From: Opitutia bacterium UBA7374
Lineage (GTDB): Bacteria > Verrucomicrobiota > Verrucomicrobiia > Opitutales > Coraliomargaritaceae
Reading direction: 5' to 3'
Assembly (NCBI GenBank): GCA_002469895.1
Contig: DKOA01000046.1
Span: 19,129-83,128, forward strand
Length of the DNA: 64,000 nucleotides
Each line of letters opens with the position of its first letter. Within the stretch, counting starts at the first letter, position 1. The notes below the pieces were generated by a model. It made no database searches and had not been told where the DNA came from. It worked only from the letters and a program-made list of their open reading frames with translations. The position numbers and the translations under genes were made by a program. Positions 19,141 to 29,382 of the stretch are shown in pieces.

Positions 19141-20217
19141 TCAGCGGTGAGAGCCGTTGCAGCCCTCGGGAAGAAAGGCCTCAGAGCCCGTCAAGCCAAG
19201 CGTGATCGTCAGATTTAGAAAGGTGATGTCTCCCATCGAGTGGCAGAAGTAAAAGCGGTGGTCTTGGTGCATTTGTGCGAGTTCATCCCGCAACTGTTTC
19301 ATTTTTTCATCGCTGGAGATTTGGTCCAGACACATGCAGTCACGGAGCTGCTGAATCCGAGCAAAGGCGAAGTTCAGTCTTCGGGTTATTAATGATCGTT
19401 CTTCCCTCTGGTACTGACGACTGGTTTCCAGATTGATCAATTCGGAGCAAAGTTCGACGACCGGGCGATTATTTTTGAAGAATTGAGGCAGGTAGAGAGA
19501 GCGCCGGCCTTCGTAGCATTGCTGGTCGAAGTCAATCGCGCGGACACGATATTGATTCTGATCAAAGTCTGGGCTCACCTGGACCACATAATTGTAGGCA
19601 CGCATGTCGCCGAGCAGGCGAACAAAGCAGCGTTCATTAAATTTAATGAATTCCTTTGCCAGTCGAACGGAGTGAAGGTCCTCCTTAGGGAGGTATTCAC
19701 GGATAAAGTCATCTCCCGGCAGGCCAATAATGTGTTCTTCAATCAGGGTGTCTTGATGAACAATGAAATTTATATCATTGGGGGAGAGCAGTTGCTCCAG
19801 TTCGAGGCCGTAGATGCGAGAAGCGTCTGCTTTCTTAACGTAGAAATAGTCGTGGTTATCGTTGTACTGGTTGACGATACGCACACGCATGGGCTGCGTA
19901 TTGCCAAATGTACAGAAGTCGACTCGGTCGATGTAGAGGTTGTCGAGTACGGATTCGTCACCTCCGGAGCGCAGAAGCACGTAAATGCGCTTGAGCGCAT
20001 CATAGAGTTCACGCCCGAGGTGTTGTTCATAAATGAGGGTTTGCCAGAGGGAGTCATTGCCATCGCGGTCAAGCAGTGGAAAGGAGTCCTCATATTTCAG
20101 CAGGTCCTCGTAGAGCAAAGGCAGCGGGTGGGTGCGATGATATTGCCCAAGATACTCCCGGAAGTGCCGGTTGATAGGAAAGAACTTTTTTCGTTGCTGA
20201 GCTTCTGCTGGTTGCAT
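19141..20217 (-). CDS. hypothetical protein (358 aa), no family recognised
   Basis: Long ORF with protein-like, diverse composition. The opposite-strand 249-aa ORF looks like a Val-rich shadow. Its stop directly abuts the pheA stop (TAG-TCA at 19138-19143). Confidence 0.6.
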   Translation of the reverse strand: MQPAEAQQRKKFFPINRHFREYLGQYHRTHPLPLLYEDLLKYEDSFPLLDRDGNDSLWQTLIYEQHLGRELYDALKRIYVLLRSGGDESVLDNLYIDRVDFCTFGNTQPMRVRIVNQYNDNHDYFYVKKADASRIYGLELEQLLSPNDINFIVHQDTLIEEHIIGLPGDDFIREYLPKEDLHSVRLAKEFIKFNERCFVRLLGDMRAYNYVVQVSPDFDQNQYRVRAIDFDQQCYEGRRSLYLPQFFKNNRPVVELCSELINLETSRQYQREERSLITRRLNFAFARIQQLRDCMCLDQISSDEKMKQLRDELAQMHQDHRFYFCHSMGDITFLNLTITLGLTGSEAFLPEGCNGSHR

Positions 20218-20347
20218 GGAGAACCTTATTGATCAGAAATTAGAGGAGAAACCGCCGTGCGCCATCCTATTTTTACAGAGGATAAAAAGCGGGTTGCTTC
20301 CTTCTTAGCTAGGGACTGTGCTGCTGGTCTGCAGATGCGTCTAATTT

Positions 20348-21055
20348 GTGTGGTCTATGTTTGAATACCAGACAGTTTACAATGGCTATACTGCCCTCTT
20401 AGCGGGGCTGGTTAGCAGCGTACATTGCGTCGCAATGTGTGGCCCGCTTTCCTGTGCCTTTGGGCCCCGGAGTGCGGATGAGGCAGCCTCCAGAGTTTCT
20501 CTGCTTTCTTTCTATCATGGGGGAAAACTTGTATCCTATGGAATTTGTGGGGCTTTGGTTGGGGGTATCGGAGGGGCGGCCCTGAGCTTTCTTGAAGCTT
20601 CCTCGATTGGGCGTGTCGTTCCCTGGGTGCTTGTTCTATTTTTTTTGGGGGTCGCGCTGGGGGTAGATCAAAAGCTGCCAAAGCCGACTTTTCTGGCGGG
20701 TCTCTATCAGAAAAGTCAGCGTCGTTTTACTCTGCTGACTCCGCATCTCAAGGCGGCTTCCATCGGATTGGTCAGTCCCTTGCTTCCCTGTGGCCCGCTC
20801 TACTTGATCTTCGGACTTTGCCTGTTTTCCGGTTCAGCTACACGGGGTGCAGAGTTTGCTTTGGGGTTTGGTCTGGGCACACTACCGCTGCTTTGGGTCG
20901 CGCAAAACTGGTTCATGCGGATGCCCGGCCGAATGGGTGCCGGGAGCATCAGGCGTATGCAACGAGGCGTCGCCTTCTTGGCAACGGGAGTCTTGATCTG
21001 GCGTCTTCGCGCCTCCCTTGGGTTTGAGGCAGCGGTTGACTGGTTCTGCCGTTAA
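20348..21055 (+). CDS. DsbD_2 / TauE-SafE-like integral membrane protein
   Basis: Polytopic, with the paired motifs HCVAMCGP (TM1) and LPCGPLY (TM4) typical of the DsbD_2/UreH-like transmembrane family. Confidence 0.7.
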   Translation: MWSMFEYQTVYNGYTALLAGLVSSVHCVAMCGPLSCAFGPRSADEAASRVSLLSFYHGGKLVSYGICGALVGGIGGAALSFLEASSIGRVVPWVLVLFFLGVALGVDQKLPKPTFLAGLYQKSQRRFTLLTPHLKAASIGLVSPLLPCGPLYLIFGLCLFSGSATRGAEFALGFGLGTLPLLWVAQNWFMRMPGRMGAGSIRRMQRGVAFLATGVLIWRLRASLGFEAAVDWFCR

Positions 21056-21071
21056 GCGGGGTCGAGATTCT

Positions 21072-21788
21072 CTACTTGTCCTCTGGAGGTGAGGTGGTCT
21101 CTTCGTATTCTTCTTCCGTTTCCTCTTCCTCGTCCCATTTCATGGTTTCATCTGTTTCGATATCTTCATCCGGCGCAGCCTCAACATCCGCTAAGTCTTT
21201 TTCCAGAGCCTCGTCTACATTCTTGTCTACGGTTGCCTCGTCCTCTTCCAATTCGAATCCTTCGGGCACGTATTCAAGGATGGAGGAAAGTTCATTAAAG
21301 AAGTGTGTGGCTCGTCCTTCCATGAAGTCATTGTTTTGTACTTCACGGATTTCTTCTTCCAGTTCTTCCGCGGTCAGCTTTTGGGAAAAATCAATCAAGT
21401 CGTTGAGCAATTTTACGCGGAGCTTGATCGCATGGTCGACTAGATCAGCGTACGGGCTCTTGTCTTCGTCGAGCATATCAGGCAGAGCAAACAGCTGTTC
21501 GTCCGAGTCCAGAATGTTGTCCTTAATCCTTTTCAGATATACGGTCTTATCTTCCTCCACGCTCTCTATGGCGAAAGTATAGAATGCATTTTCAATAAGG
21601 CCGGTTTGCAACCCGTACTCTTGCATGTTTTCGAAGAGTTCGACGAGGTATTGGAATTGTCTCGGGTCAATGATGCCTAGTCCGTCAACATCCCAATGGA
21701 TGGGGTCACTGATTTCGTGAATCCACCAATTCATGTCTTTACCGAGGCGCGCTTTGCACCAGTTGAGCTTGTGTTTTGGGTTCGCCAT
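21072..21788 (-). CDS. hypothetical protein with a strongly acidic C-terminal tail
   Basis: 238 aa. The last roughly 70 residues are dominated by D/E (EEDEATVDKNVDEALEKDLADVEAAPDEDIETDETMKWDEEEETEEEYEE). I recognise no family. Confidence 0.6.
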   Translation of the reverse strand: MANPKHKLNWCKARLGKDMNWWIHEISDPIHWDVDGLGIIDPRQFQYLVELFENMQEYGLQTGLIENAFYTFAIESVEEDKTVYLKRIKDNILDSDEQLFALPDMLDEDKSPYADLVDHAIKLRVKLLNDLIDFSQKLTAEELEEEIREVQNNDFMEGRATHFFNELSSILEYVPEGFELEEDEATVDKNVDEALEKDLADVEAAPDEDIETDETMKWDEEEETEEEYEETTSPPEDK

Positions 21789-21997
21789 TAGTTAAGTAAT
21801 CTATAGGTTGATTAACGCAGAAGCTTCATCAAGAAGATCCATTAGTCCAGAATTTGTTTTTACATATATACTGGGTAAAATCACCCGCTTTTGATTGTAA
21901 AGCGGTTTTATTAAAAATTTTCGCTGTGGCATTTTGCTTGTTTCATCCATGGGGATGCTTACTTTCAAAAATTCTGTCTTTCTAAGCCTTACGAAAT

Positions 21998-23062
21998 ATG
22001 GGAGTTTGTTACGAAAATGTAGTCCGTCCGCTGCTCTTCCGGATGGAGCCCGAAGAGGCGCATGCCATGGGCAGTCGTCTCCTCCGCTTGGCTCCAAAAG
22101 TTCCCGGCCTTTGTTCGCTCTTGCGTGCGTACAGCCTGGTCCGCGAAGACCGTCCGGTTAAATTGTTTGGCCTGGAGTTTCCTAATCGCGTGGGACTGGC
22201 CGCCGGAATGGATAAGGACGCTGAGTTTACCCGAGTGGTGGAAGCACTTGGTTTTGGTCACGCCGAGGTGGGTACGGTTACACCAAAGGGGCAGCCGGGC
22301 AACCCGCAGCCGCGCCTCTTCCGTTATCCCGAGACGGAGACTATAGTCAACCGTATGGGTTTTAACAACCATGGTGCTGAGGCAATGGTTCAACGATTGG
22401 CCGTAGAGTACCCGAAGGGGAAGCGCAGGATGCCGATCGGTGTGAATATAGGGAAAGCCAAAGAGACCCCCATTGAAAATGCGGTGGATGACTATCTGGC
22501 ATGTTTTCGTCTATTGGCTGATCAGGCAGATTACTTTACCATCAATATCAGTAGCCCGAATACGGAGGGTCTGCGGACACTGCAGTCAAAGGCCTATCTG
22601 GAGGAGTTGCTATCGGCCCTGCGAAATGAAAATTGCCGTTTTGCAAAACGCTTGGGCCGAGACCCGCATCCCATGCTCGTGAAGATTGCCCCCGATCTGA
22701 GTTTTTCTGAAATTGATGCCGTTCTGGAGGTATTACTAGCCGCCGAGTATAGTGGAATCATCGCCACAAATACAACGATCACACGCCCCGAATCTTTTCC
22801 GGGCAATGAGTCCGGTGGATTGAGCGGAGGCTCTTATCTGGCGAAGCGCTCTCGCGAAGTGGTTAATTACATGCACCTCGCAACGAATAGTCGACTCCCC
22901 ATTATCGGCGTTGGGGGTATTAACTCACCGGAGGCCGCCGGCGCGATGATCGATGCGGGTGCCTCTCTGGTGCAGATTTACACCGCCTGGATTTATAAAG
23001 GACCTTTTTTCGCTCGTGCTTTGGCCCGTGCGCTGAAGAGCCAGGGCGAAGACTGGATATAG
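21998..23062 (+). CDS. pyrD: dihydroorotate dehydrogenase (quinone), class 2
   Basis: 354 aa with GFGHAEVGTVTP, NISSPNT and GIIATNTT motifs. Confidence 0.9.
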   Translation: MGVCYENVVRPLLFRMEPEEAHAMGSRLLRLAPKVPGLCSLLRAYSLVREDRPVKLFGLEFPNRVGLAAGMDKDAEFTRVVEALGFGHAEVGTVTPKGQPGNPQPRLFRYPETETIVNRMGFNNHGAEAMVQRLAVEYPKGKRRMPIGVNIGKAKETPIENAVDDYLACFRLLADQADYFTINISSPNTEGLRTLQSKAYLEELLSALRNENCRFAKRLGRDPHPMLVKIAPDLSFSEIDAVLEVLLAAEYSGIIATNTTITRPESFPGNESGGLSGGSYLAKRSREVVNYMHLATNSRLPIIGVGGINSPEAAGAMIDAGASLVQIYTAWIYKGPFFARALARALKSQGEDWI

Positions 23063-23118
23063 CTTGTTAAAAAGCCGCTGCGGATGCTTTGCGATTTGCG
23101 GCCCTGTGACCTGTCGCA

Positions 23119-24036
23119 TCAATTTTCAGCTTGGGCTAGGGTTGCCTGTTCAGCCAGCATACGCAGGCGCCGTTCTCGCACGTCAAACTTATAGGATTGT
23201 TCGTCAGCATGATAGGATGAGCGTACCATCGGGCCGGACTCGCAGACACCAAATCCGGCATCCAGTGCGAATTGCTTCCAATGTTCAAATTCCTCGGGAG
23301 TCACCCATCGGTCGATCGGTTGGTGGTCTCCGGAGGGCTGCAGGTATTGCCCGATAGTCAGGATGTCAATGCCCTCTGCTGCCATATCGCGGAGGACTTG
23401 CTCGACTTCTTTTTCCTTCTCCCCAATGCCGAGCATGATACCTGACTTGGTGATGAAACCACGCGACTTTGCGTGACGTAATACCCAGAGCGAGCGGTCA
23501 TAGCGGGCGGTCTTGCGAATCGGGCGTTGGAGGCGTTCGACCGTCTCCAGGTTGTGATTAAAAATATCCGGGCAAGCATTGAGGACAAGGTCGAGATATT
23601 CCTGTTGTCCGCGAAAGTCAGCGGTCAGTACCTCGACTGCGCATTCCGGTACCCGGTGGTGAATGGCCCGGATGGTAGCGGCCCAGACTGAGGCGCCACC
23701 GTCTTTCAGATCGTCCCGCGCGACGGAGGTGATCACAGCGTGCTGCAGGTTCATCTTCGCGATGGATTCAGCGACACGGGCCGGTTCTCCGAGATCAAGC
23801 TCGGTGGGTCGACCGGTTTGCACCGCACAAAAGCGGCAGGAGCGGGTGCAGATATTGCCGAGGATCATTACGGTCGCTGTGCCGCGCGACCAGCATTCGC
23901 CCATGTTCGGGCACTGAGCGCTCTGACAGACCGTGTGCAAGGAATGTGTGTCGACGAGTTCCTTAGTCTCGCGGTAGGCTTTGCTGGTGGGCAGCTTGGC
24001 GCGGAGCCAAGGCGGTTTCTGCTTATTCATTTCCAT
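23119..24036 (-). CDS. lipA: lipoyl synthase
   Basis: Auxiliary cluster motif CQSAQCPNMGECW and radical-SAM motif CTRSCRFC. Confidence 0.95.
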   Translation of the reverse strand: MEMNKQKPPWLRAKLPTSKAYRETKELVDTHSLHTVCQSAQCPNMGECWSRGTATVMILGNICTRSCRFCAVQTGRPTELDLGEPARVAESIAKMNLQHAVITSVARDDLKDGGASVWAATIRAIHHRVPECAVEVLTADFRGQQEYLDLVLNACPDIFNHNLETVERLQRPIRKTARYDRSLWVLRHAKSRGFITKSGIMLGIGEKEKEVEQVLRDMAAEGIDILTIGQYLQPSGDHQPIDRWVTPEEFEHWKQFALDAGFGVCESGPMVRSSYHADEQSYKFDVRERRLRMLAEQATLAQAEN

Positions 24037-24742
24037 CTGTTAGCAAAGTTTTCCCGAACACCTCTTGAAACTCAACTGCTAATCGGGATTTTACACTCTT
24101 TGCTTCAATTGGTTTTCCTAACTCCAGACTCATCGAAGTCACTGTGCCGTCGGTAATGCCACAGGGTACGATACCGGAAAAGTGGGACAGGTCCGGATTT
24201 ATATTCAGTGCCAGTCCGTGGTAGGTGACCCACGATTTTACGGCTACGCCGAAAGCACAGATTTTACGTTTTTCAATCCAGATGCCGGTTAGTCCATCAC
24301 GCCGCACAGCTTCCAGTTGATAATGGCGAAGGGTGCGCAAGACGACTTCTTCCAAGTCGCGGAGATAAGCGTGCAAGTCCTTCCGCTTACTTAGTGAGAT
24401 GATGGGGTAGGCCACAATTTGCCCAGGCCCATGGTAGGTAATATCGCCACCCCGGTTGCTTGTGTGCAGGGTTACCCCGGCGGCAGATCGCTCCGCCTCA
24501 CCCCAGAGCAAGTGGTGCTCCGCTCCACTCCGCAGGCCCAGAGTAAAAACCGGCTCATGTTCGGTAAATACGAGGATGTCCGACTGCCGACCGGCCTGCC
24601 GCTCGGCCACCAGTTTTTTTTGCCGCTCCAGCGCGTCTGCATAATCTGTGCGTCCCCAGTCAGAGATTTCTAGAAGCGTTACTTGTTCATTTGTTCCCGG
24701 CATGCAGCTGCGATATTGGCTGGATTCTGGGCGTTTGGGCAA
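24023..24742 (-). CDS. lipB: lipoyl(octanoyl) transferase
   Basis: RGGDITYHGPGQ and KICAFGV motifs. It overlaps the lipA start by 14 nt. Confidence 0.9.
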   Translation of the reverse strand: MPKRPESSQYRSCMPGTNEQVTLLEISDWGRTDYADALERQKKLVAERQAGRQSDILVFTEHEPVFTLGLRSGAEHHLLWGEAERSAAGVTLHTSNRGGDITYHGPGQIVAYPIISLSKRKDLHAYLRDLEEVVLRTLRHYQLEAVRRDGLTGIWIEKRKICAFGVAVKSWVTYHGLALNINPDLSHFSGIVPCGITDGTVTSMSLELGKPIEAKSVKSRLAVEFQEVFGKTLLTDGNE

Positions 24743-24823
24743 GGACGCAAATCGATCACCGCGTGAATTCAGGTTAGCGGTTCGGCTTGATTTTAGTGGA
24801 GGGCACGTTCACCTATCTTACCT

Positions 24824-26188
24824 ATGTCTGATGTCCGTGTTCGTTTTGCTCCTAGCCCCACCGGTTTTTTCCATATCGGAAGCGCCCGTACGGCTTTATT
24901 TAACTGGCTCTACGCCCGCCATACCGGTGGACGCTTTATCTTGCGAATTGAGGATACCGATAAGCAGCGCAATACAGAGGAAGCTTTGCGGGTATTACTA
25001 TCGGGGATGCGCTGGTTAGGGCTGGATTGGGACGAGGGCCCGGAAGCGGGAGGCGATTATGGTCCCTATTTCCAGAGTGAGCGCCAGGCGGTCTATGACG
25101 AGTATCTTGAACGCTTACGTGCAGCCGGCCGCTGTTATGAGAAGGATGGTGCTATTTGGTTTCGGTTGGAAGGCGAGCGCTACACCGAGTACGACGATTT
25201 CAAGAAGGCGGAGGTGGAGAAAGTAAAAGCTGCGCCAGTGATCATCAATGATGCCGTGCGTGGTCGGGTAGAACGTTCCGAGGAGATGGATTTTGTTATT
25301 GTGCGAAAGGACGGCAACCCCGTCTTCCATTTTGTTAACGTGGTCGATGATATAGCTATGGGCATTACGCATGTCATCCGTGGAGAGGATCACCTCTCAA
25401 ATACGAGCAAGCACGTGGAGTTATTCCGCGCCTTCGGAGTGGAACCGCCCCTTTTTGCCCATATTCCGCTTATTCTCAAGGAATCTGGCCCGGGCAAAAT
25501 GAGTAAGCGCGACAAGGGTGCTCTGGTGGAAGATTACGAGACCCGTGGTTTTCTAGCGGCCGCTGTCCGCAATTATATTTCACTGCTTGGCTGGAACCCG
25601 AAGGATGATCGTGAAAAGTTATCGATTGATGAGATCGTCGAACTTTTTGACTTTCCCGGCATTAACAAGGGCAACGCCCGCTTCGATGAGCGCAAACTTT
25701 CGGCACTCAACTCCGAGTACTTGCGGGAGCTCGATATTGGAAGTTTCTGCTTTCTCGCACGCCCACGCCTTGCGGAGTCTGGCTTGGTTGGGGAGGAGGT
25801 CTCCGAGGACTATCTGCAAGCGGTACTGACCCTCTGCCAGCCCAAGGCACGCAGTTTGGATTCGCTGGAGGAACTCTGTGGTTATTTCTTTTCAGATACC
25901 TTTATTTTCGACGAGAAAGCTTCGGCAAAACTGGCTAAAAAAGGAGATCCCAAGGCAACGATTGCAGAACTCTTGCCGGTCCTCGAATCGTTGGCGTCCT
26001 TCGAGGCCGAGTCTATGCAAGCGGCTTTGGAGAAGCATGCCGAAATGAAAGGGGAGAAGCCCTTCGCGTTTTTTCCGGCTCTGCGTATGGCTGTGAGTGG
26101 CAAAGGCGGCGGCCCCGACTTAATGCCACTGCTCGCAGTTTTAGGCAGAGAGCGTGTGCTCGCTCGTCTGCAAAATTACATGGCTTAG
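24824..26188 (+). CDS. gltX: glutamate--tRNA ligase
   Basis: Class I motifs [14 protein letters not shown] (HIGH) and KMSKR. Confidence 0.9.
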   Translation: MSDVRVRFAPSPTGFFHIGSARTALFNWLYARHTGGRFILRIEDTDKQRNTEEALRVLLSGMRWLGLDWDEGPEAGGDYGPYFQSERQAVYDEYLERLRAAGRCYEKDGAIWFRLEGERYTEYDDFKKAEVEKVKAAPVIINDAVRGRVERSEEMDFVIVRKDGNPVFHFVNVVDDIAMGITHVIRGEDHLSNTSKHVELFRAFGVEPPLFAHIPLILKESGPGKMSKRDKGALVEDYETRGFLAAAVRNYISLLGWNPKDDREKLSIDEIVELFDFPGINKGNARFDERKLSALNSEYLRELDIGSFCFLARPRLAESGLVGEEVSEDYLQAVLTLCQPKARSLDSLEELCGYFFSDTFIFDEKASAKLAKKGDPKATIAELLPVLESLASFEAESMQAALEKHAEMKGEKPFAFFPALRMAVSGKGGGPDLMPLLAVLGRERVLARLQNYMA

Positions 26189-27645
26189 TTGGGGCGTTTG
26201 AAGCGTCGTTTCCCTGTCGTCTTCGGGTAGCCGGGCTTTTTCTTTTTCCGGTAGTCTTGGCGTCCTCCCCGAGAATCATTTTTTTTGTACGGTTTTTTCC
26301 GCTTTGGGTTTTCCTCAAACGGCTCGCTGTCCTCAGCAATGGTTTCCCGTCCCCTTTCTTCATCTCCCTGCAAGAGATCGAATAAAGCGCTGGCAATGTC
26401 TGTCGGGGTATGCCCCGTGTCGAGTAAACGGTCAATTTGCGGGTCGTAACGCCGGTACTTGCCTTGCTCCAAATGGTCGCGTAATTGGTTAAAGACCTTA
26501 TCTGCGCGACTGCCTTCGACTTCCTCCTGGCTGGGGATTCTCATCCGGCGGACCGGCTGACGCGTATAGCGCTCGATTGCCTCTAAACGATAGATATCGC
26601 GTCCGTAGCAAAAGGTAATGGACCGGCCAGAGCGCCCGGCACGACCTGTCCGGCCGATGCGGTGTACATAGTCTTCCGGGTCGTAGGGCAGGTCATAATT
26701 AAAGACCATGTCGATATCTTCGATGTCGAGTCCGCGGGCAGCAACATCGGTAGCCACCAGAATCTCGACACTGCCATCCCGAAAACGCCGTAAGACTTTT
26801 TCTCGTACAGGTTGAGTAATGTCGCCGTGAATACGATCTGCCGGATAGCCTCGTGCAATCAGCGCTTCACAACATTCATCGACAGCCTTCTTCGTGTTAC
26901 AGAAGACGATACCACGTTGACTCGGAGCGATATCCAGAAGGCGGCTCATGACTTCGACTTTTGAGCGGTTGCGCACCTCGTAGTAAAACTGCTCGACCGT
27001 ATCTACCGTGATCGACCGGCCTTCGATCTCAATGTACTCCGCCTGATTGCTGAAAGCGCGGATGAGTCCGGTCACCCCCTTATTCATTGTCGCGGAGAAG
27101 AAGAGAGTCTGTCGCTCGCGGGGAATCGCATCGAGAATGGTTTCCATGTCTGCACGAAAGCCCATGTCGAGCATACGATCCGCTTCGTCGAGTATGCACA
27201 TACGAATGTTTTCAGTGCGTAATGTGCGCCGCTTCAAATGGTCGATGACTCGCCCGGGTGTACCAATAATGATGTGTACCCCCTTTTTCATGGCGCGGAT
27301 CTGGCGGTCAATCGGGGCGCCACCATAAACCGGTATGGCGCTCACGCCTTTGAGTTTATTGGAGAGGCGGTGCACTTCCTCACATACCTGAACAGCCAAT
27401 TCACGAGTTGGGCACAAGACCAAAACCTGGGGTGCGTTCAAGTCCAGGTCGATTGCTTGCAGGGCGGGTAAGGTAAAGGCGGCCGTTTTGCCGGACCCGG
27501 TTTGTGAAATGCCCACAATGTCACGCCCGGAAAGTGCGACGGGTATCGTCTTCGCTTGTACGGGAGAGGGGGACTCGAATCCGAGTTCCTGTACGCTGGC
27601 AAGGAGTTCCGGCTGTAGACCGAGTTCTTCAAATGTAGTTTCCAT
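26185..27645 (-). CDS. DEAD-box ATP-dependent RNA helicase
   Basis: [12 protein letters not shown] (ILDEADRML), SAT and [10 protein letters not shown] motifs, with a basic K/R-rich C-terminal tail. Confidence 0.9.
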   Translation of the reverse strand: METTFEELGLQPELLASVQELGFESPSPVQAKTIPVALSGRDIVGISQTGSGKTAAFTLPALQAIDLDLNAPQVLVLCPTRELAVQVCEEVHRLSNKLKGVSAIPVYGGAPIDRQIRAMKKGVHIIIGTPGRVIDHLKRRTLRTENIRMCILDEADRMLDMGFRADMETILDAIPRERQTLFFSATMNKGVTGLIRAFSNQAEYIEIEGRSITVDTVEQFYYEVRNRSKVEVMSRLLDIAPSQRGIVFCNTKKAVDECCEALIARGYPADRIHGDITQPVREKVLRRFRDGSVEILVATDVAARGLDIEDIDMVFNYDLPYDPEDYVHRIGRTGRAGRSGRSITFCYGRDIYRLEAIERYTRQPVRRMRIPSQEEVEGSRADKVFNQLRDHLEQGKYRRYDPQIDRLLDTGHTPTDIASALFDLLQGDEERGRETIAEDSEPFEENPKRKKPYKKNDSRGGRQDYRKKKKPGYPKTTGKRRFKRPN

Positions 27646-27835
27646 GAGTAATTATCCAGAAAGAGGCTGCAGTGCTTTAGTCAGTAGCCGGATAGTTGCG
27701 GGCTTTGACAGGTCTGGAAACAATGCACAAGGTTTAAGCACTATTCAGGAAGATTCTTTTCTATGGTTGGAGTGCCGGAAATCTGTAAAAAAAGCCTTCA
27801 CGTGGAATCGCGCATGTAGTTTCCTAGTGCAGATC

Positions 27836-28663
27836 ATGTCGGATGAATGGAAAATAGCCGCTTTTTATCACTTTGTGGAACTGCCGGATCGAGACGACTG
27901 GGCGGATCGTTTAGTCGACCATGGGCTCAAGGTGGGTTTGCGGGGCAGCATTATTCTTGCCCCGGAGGGGATCAATTCCACCTGCGCCGGCAGCCGGGAG
28001 GCGATCGATTCAACGATCGCGTTGCTCAAAGAGGATCCACGTTTTGCGCCGATAGAGGTCAAGTATTCTTACGCAGACTTTTGTCCGTTTCCCAAATTCA
28101 AGGTCAAGCGCAAACCGGAGATTGTAACCTTTCGCCAGCGGGGGGCGGATCCCCGAGAGGATGTAGGGACCTATCTGGAGCCGGAGGAGTGGAATGATTT
28201 GATTGCGGATCCGGAGGTGCTGACGATTGACACGCGCAACGACTATGAAGTGCGGGTCGGGTGTTTTCAGGGAGCGACTAATCCAGATACAGAGGATTTC
28301 ACCAGTTTTGCCCGTTTTGTCGATGAGCAGCTTAAGGGAAGGGAAGAGCAGAAGATCGCTATGTACTGTACCGGTGGGATTCGCTGTGAGCGGTCGACCG
28401 CCTACCTCAAGAGCCGTGGATTCAAGCACGTCTATCACCTCAAGGGTGGTATCCTCCGCTATCTGGAACTGATGCCGAAAGAGAAGAGCCTCTGGGAGGG
28501 GGATTGTTTCGTCTTCGACTACCGTGTGGCCCTGAATCATGATCTGCAGCCGGCACCTTGGAAAATAGATGCTTTTACGAGCGATCCAGTTCCCATGTCG
28601 GAAGAGGAGCGCCCTCTGATAGAGGAGCGCCGTCGCAGCGGTGCTATTTTCAGGAAAGAATAA
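27836..28663 (+). CDS. trhO: rhodanese-domain tRNA uridine(34) hydroxylase (TrhO/YceA, UPF0176)
   Basis: The N-terminal IAAFYHF is typical of UPF0176, and the rhodanese active-site loop is CTGGIRCE. The start is set at MSDEWK (ATG 27836), because the longer ORF overlaps the helicase gene. Confidence 0.75.
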   Translation: MSDEWKIAAFYHFVELPDRDDWADRLVDHGLKVGLRGSIILAPEGINSTCAGSREAIDSTIALLKEDPRFAPIEVKYSYADFCPFPKFKVKRKPEIVTFRQRGADPREDVGTYLEPEEWNDLIADPEVLTIDTRNDYEVRVGCFQGATNPDTEDFTSFARFVDEQLKGREEQKIAMYCTGGIRCERSTAYLKSRGFKHVYHLKGGILRYLELMPKEKSLWEGDCFVFDYRVALNHDLQPAPWKIDAFTSDPVPMSEEERPLIEERRRSGAIFRKE

Positions 28664-28740
28664 ACTTTCTCAATGCCGGCGCTTCTGCTAGTAGATAACC
28701 TTTACAACGTATACCTCAGAGTTTTTATCTTTGTAATTTA

Positions 28741-29382
28741 ATGTATCCGGCCCCACACCCCACCTCTTCAGATCGTCGTCATCGCGCCCGCGGCTTTACC
28801 TTAATCGAAATCCTACTCGTGATTGCGGTTATCGCGATTCTCGCGAGCATCACTTTTGGTGTGTCTCAAGGCATTCAGGGTGCGCAAAATCGTGCGCGTG
28901 CAAAGTCAGAATTAGCAGTATTAGCGCAGTCGATTGAACAATTTAAACTACGGTTGGGTGACTTCCCCTGGACGCGCGGCAGCGAAGTGCCGGAACAGGT
29001 CCTATTACAAGCGCTTCTTGGATGGAAGGAGTTTAAGCGCACGGGTGGGACGACTACGATGGAGGATCTGGACAGGGTCCCGGACGCTGGCCCCAAGGGC
29101 TTCATCGATACGGCGCAGTTTTTAGTTTCTTCAGCAGATGACCCAAGCAAAGAATTATCGGCAGATAACACAACTCAGCCAAAAGGTCTGGTCTTTATAG
29201 ATCCATGGGGAAATCCGTACGTCTATGAATACAGGGATACAGACCGTTGGGAGAACTTTGGTTACGTGCTCTACTCTACCGGCCCGGACGGCTTGCACAT
29301 TCCTGTCGACGACAGCGGTGTCGTCACTCAGGATAACCGTCTGTTGGATGAAAATCTCGATAATATTTACCCAGGCGAATAA
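28741..29382 (+). CDS. gspG: type II secretion major pseudopilin GspG-like protein
   Basis: Class III signal RG|FTLIEILLVIAVIAILASI with Glu+5, plus the GspG C-terminal signature DPWGNPYVYEY. Confidence 0.75.
   Translation: MYPAPHPTSSDRRHRARGFTLIEILLVIAVIAILASITFGVSQGIQGAQNRARAKSELAVLAQSIEQFKLRLGDFPWTRGSEVPEQVLLQALLGWKEFKRTGGTTTMEDLDRVPDAGPKGFIDTAQFLVSSADDPSKELSADNTTQPKGLVFIDPWGNPYVYEYRDTDRWENFGYVLYSTGPDGLHIPVDDSGVVTQDNRLLDENLDNIYPGE

Noticed and set aside
19483-20232. 249-aa plus-strand ORF opposite the 358-aa hypothetical gene
   Set aside because: Its Val/Ile/Glu-rich repetitive composition (VVVIVVLVDD and similar) is typical of an antisense shadow. The minus-strand frame is longer and has protein-like diversity.
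27488-27835. N-terminal 116-aa extension of the trhO ORF
   Set aside because: It overlaps the 5' end of the divergent DEAD-box helicase gene and its upstream region. UPF0176 proteins start near the IAAFYHF motif.
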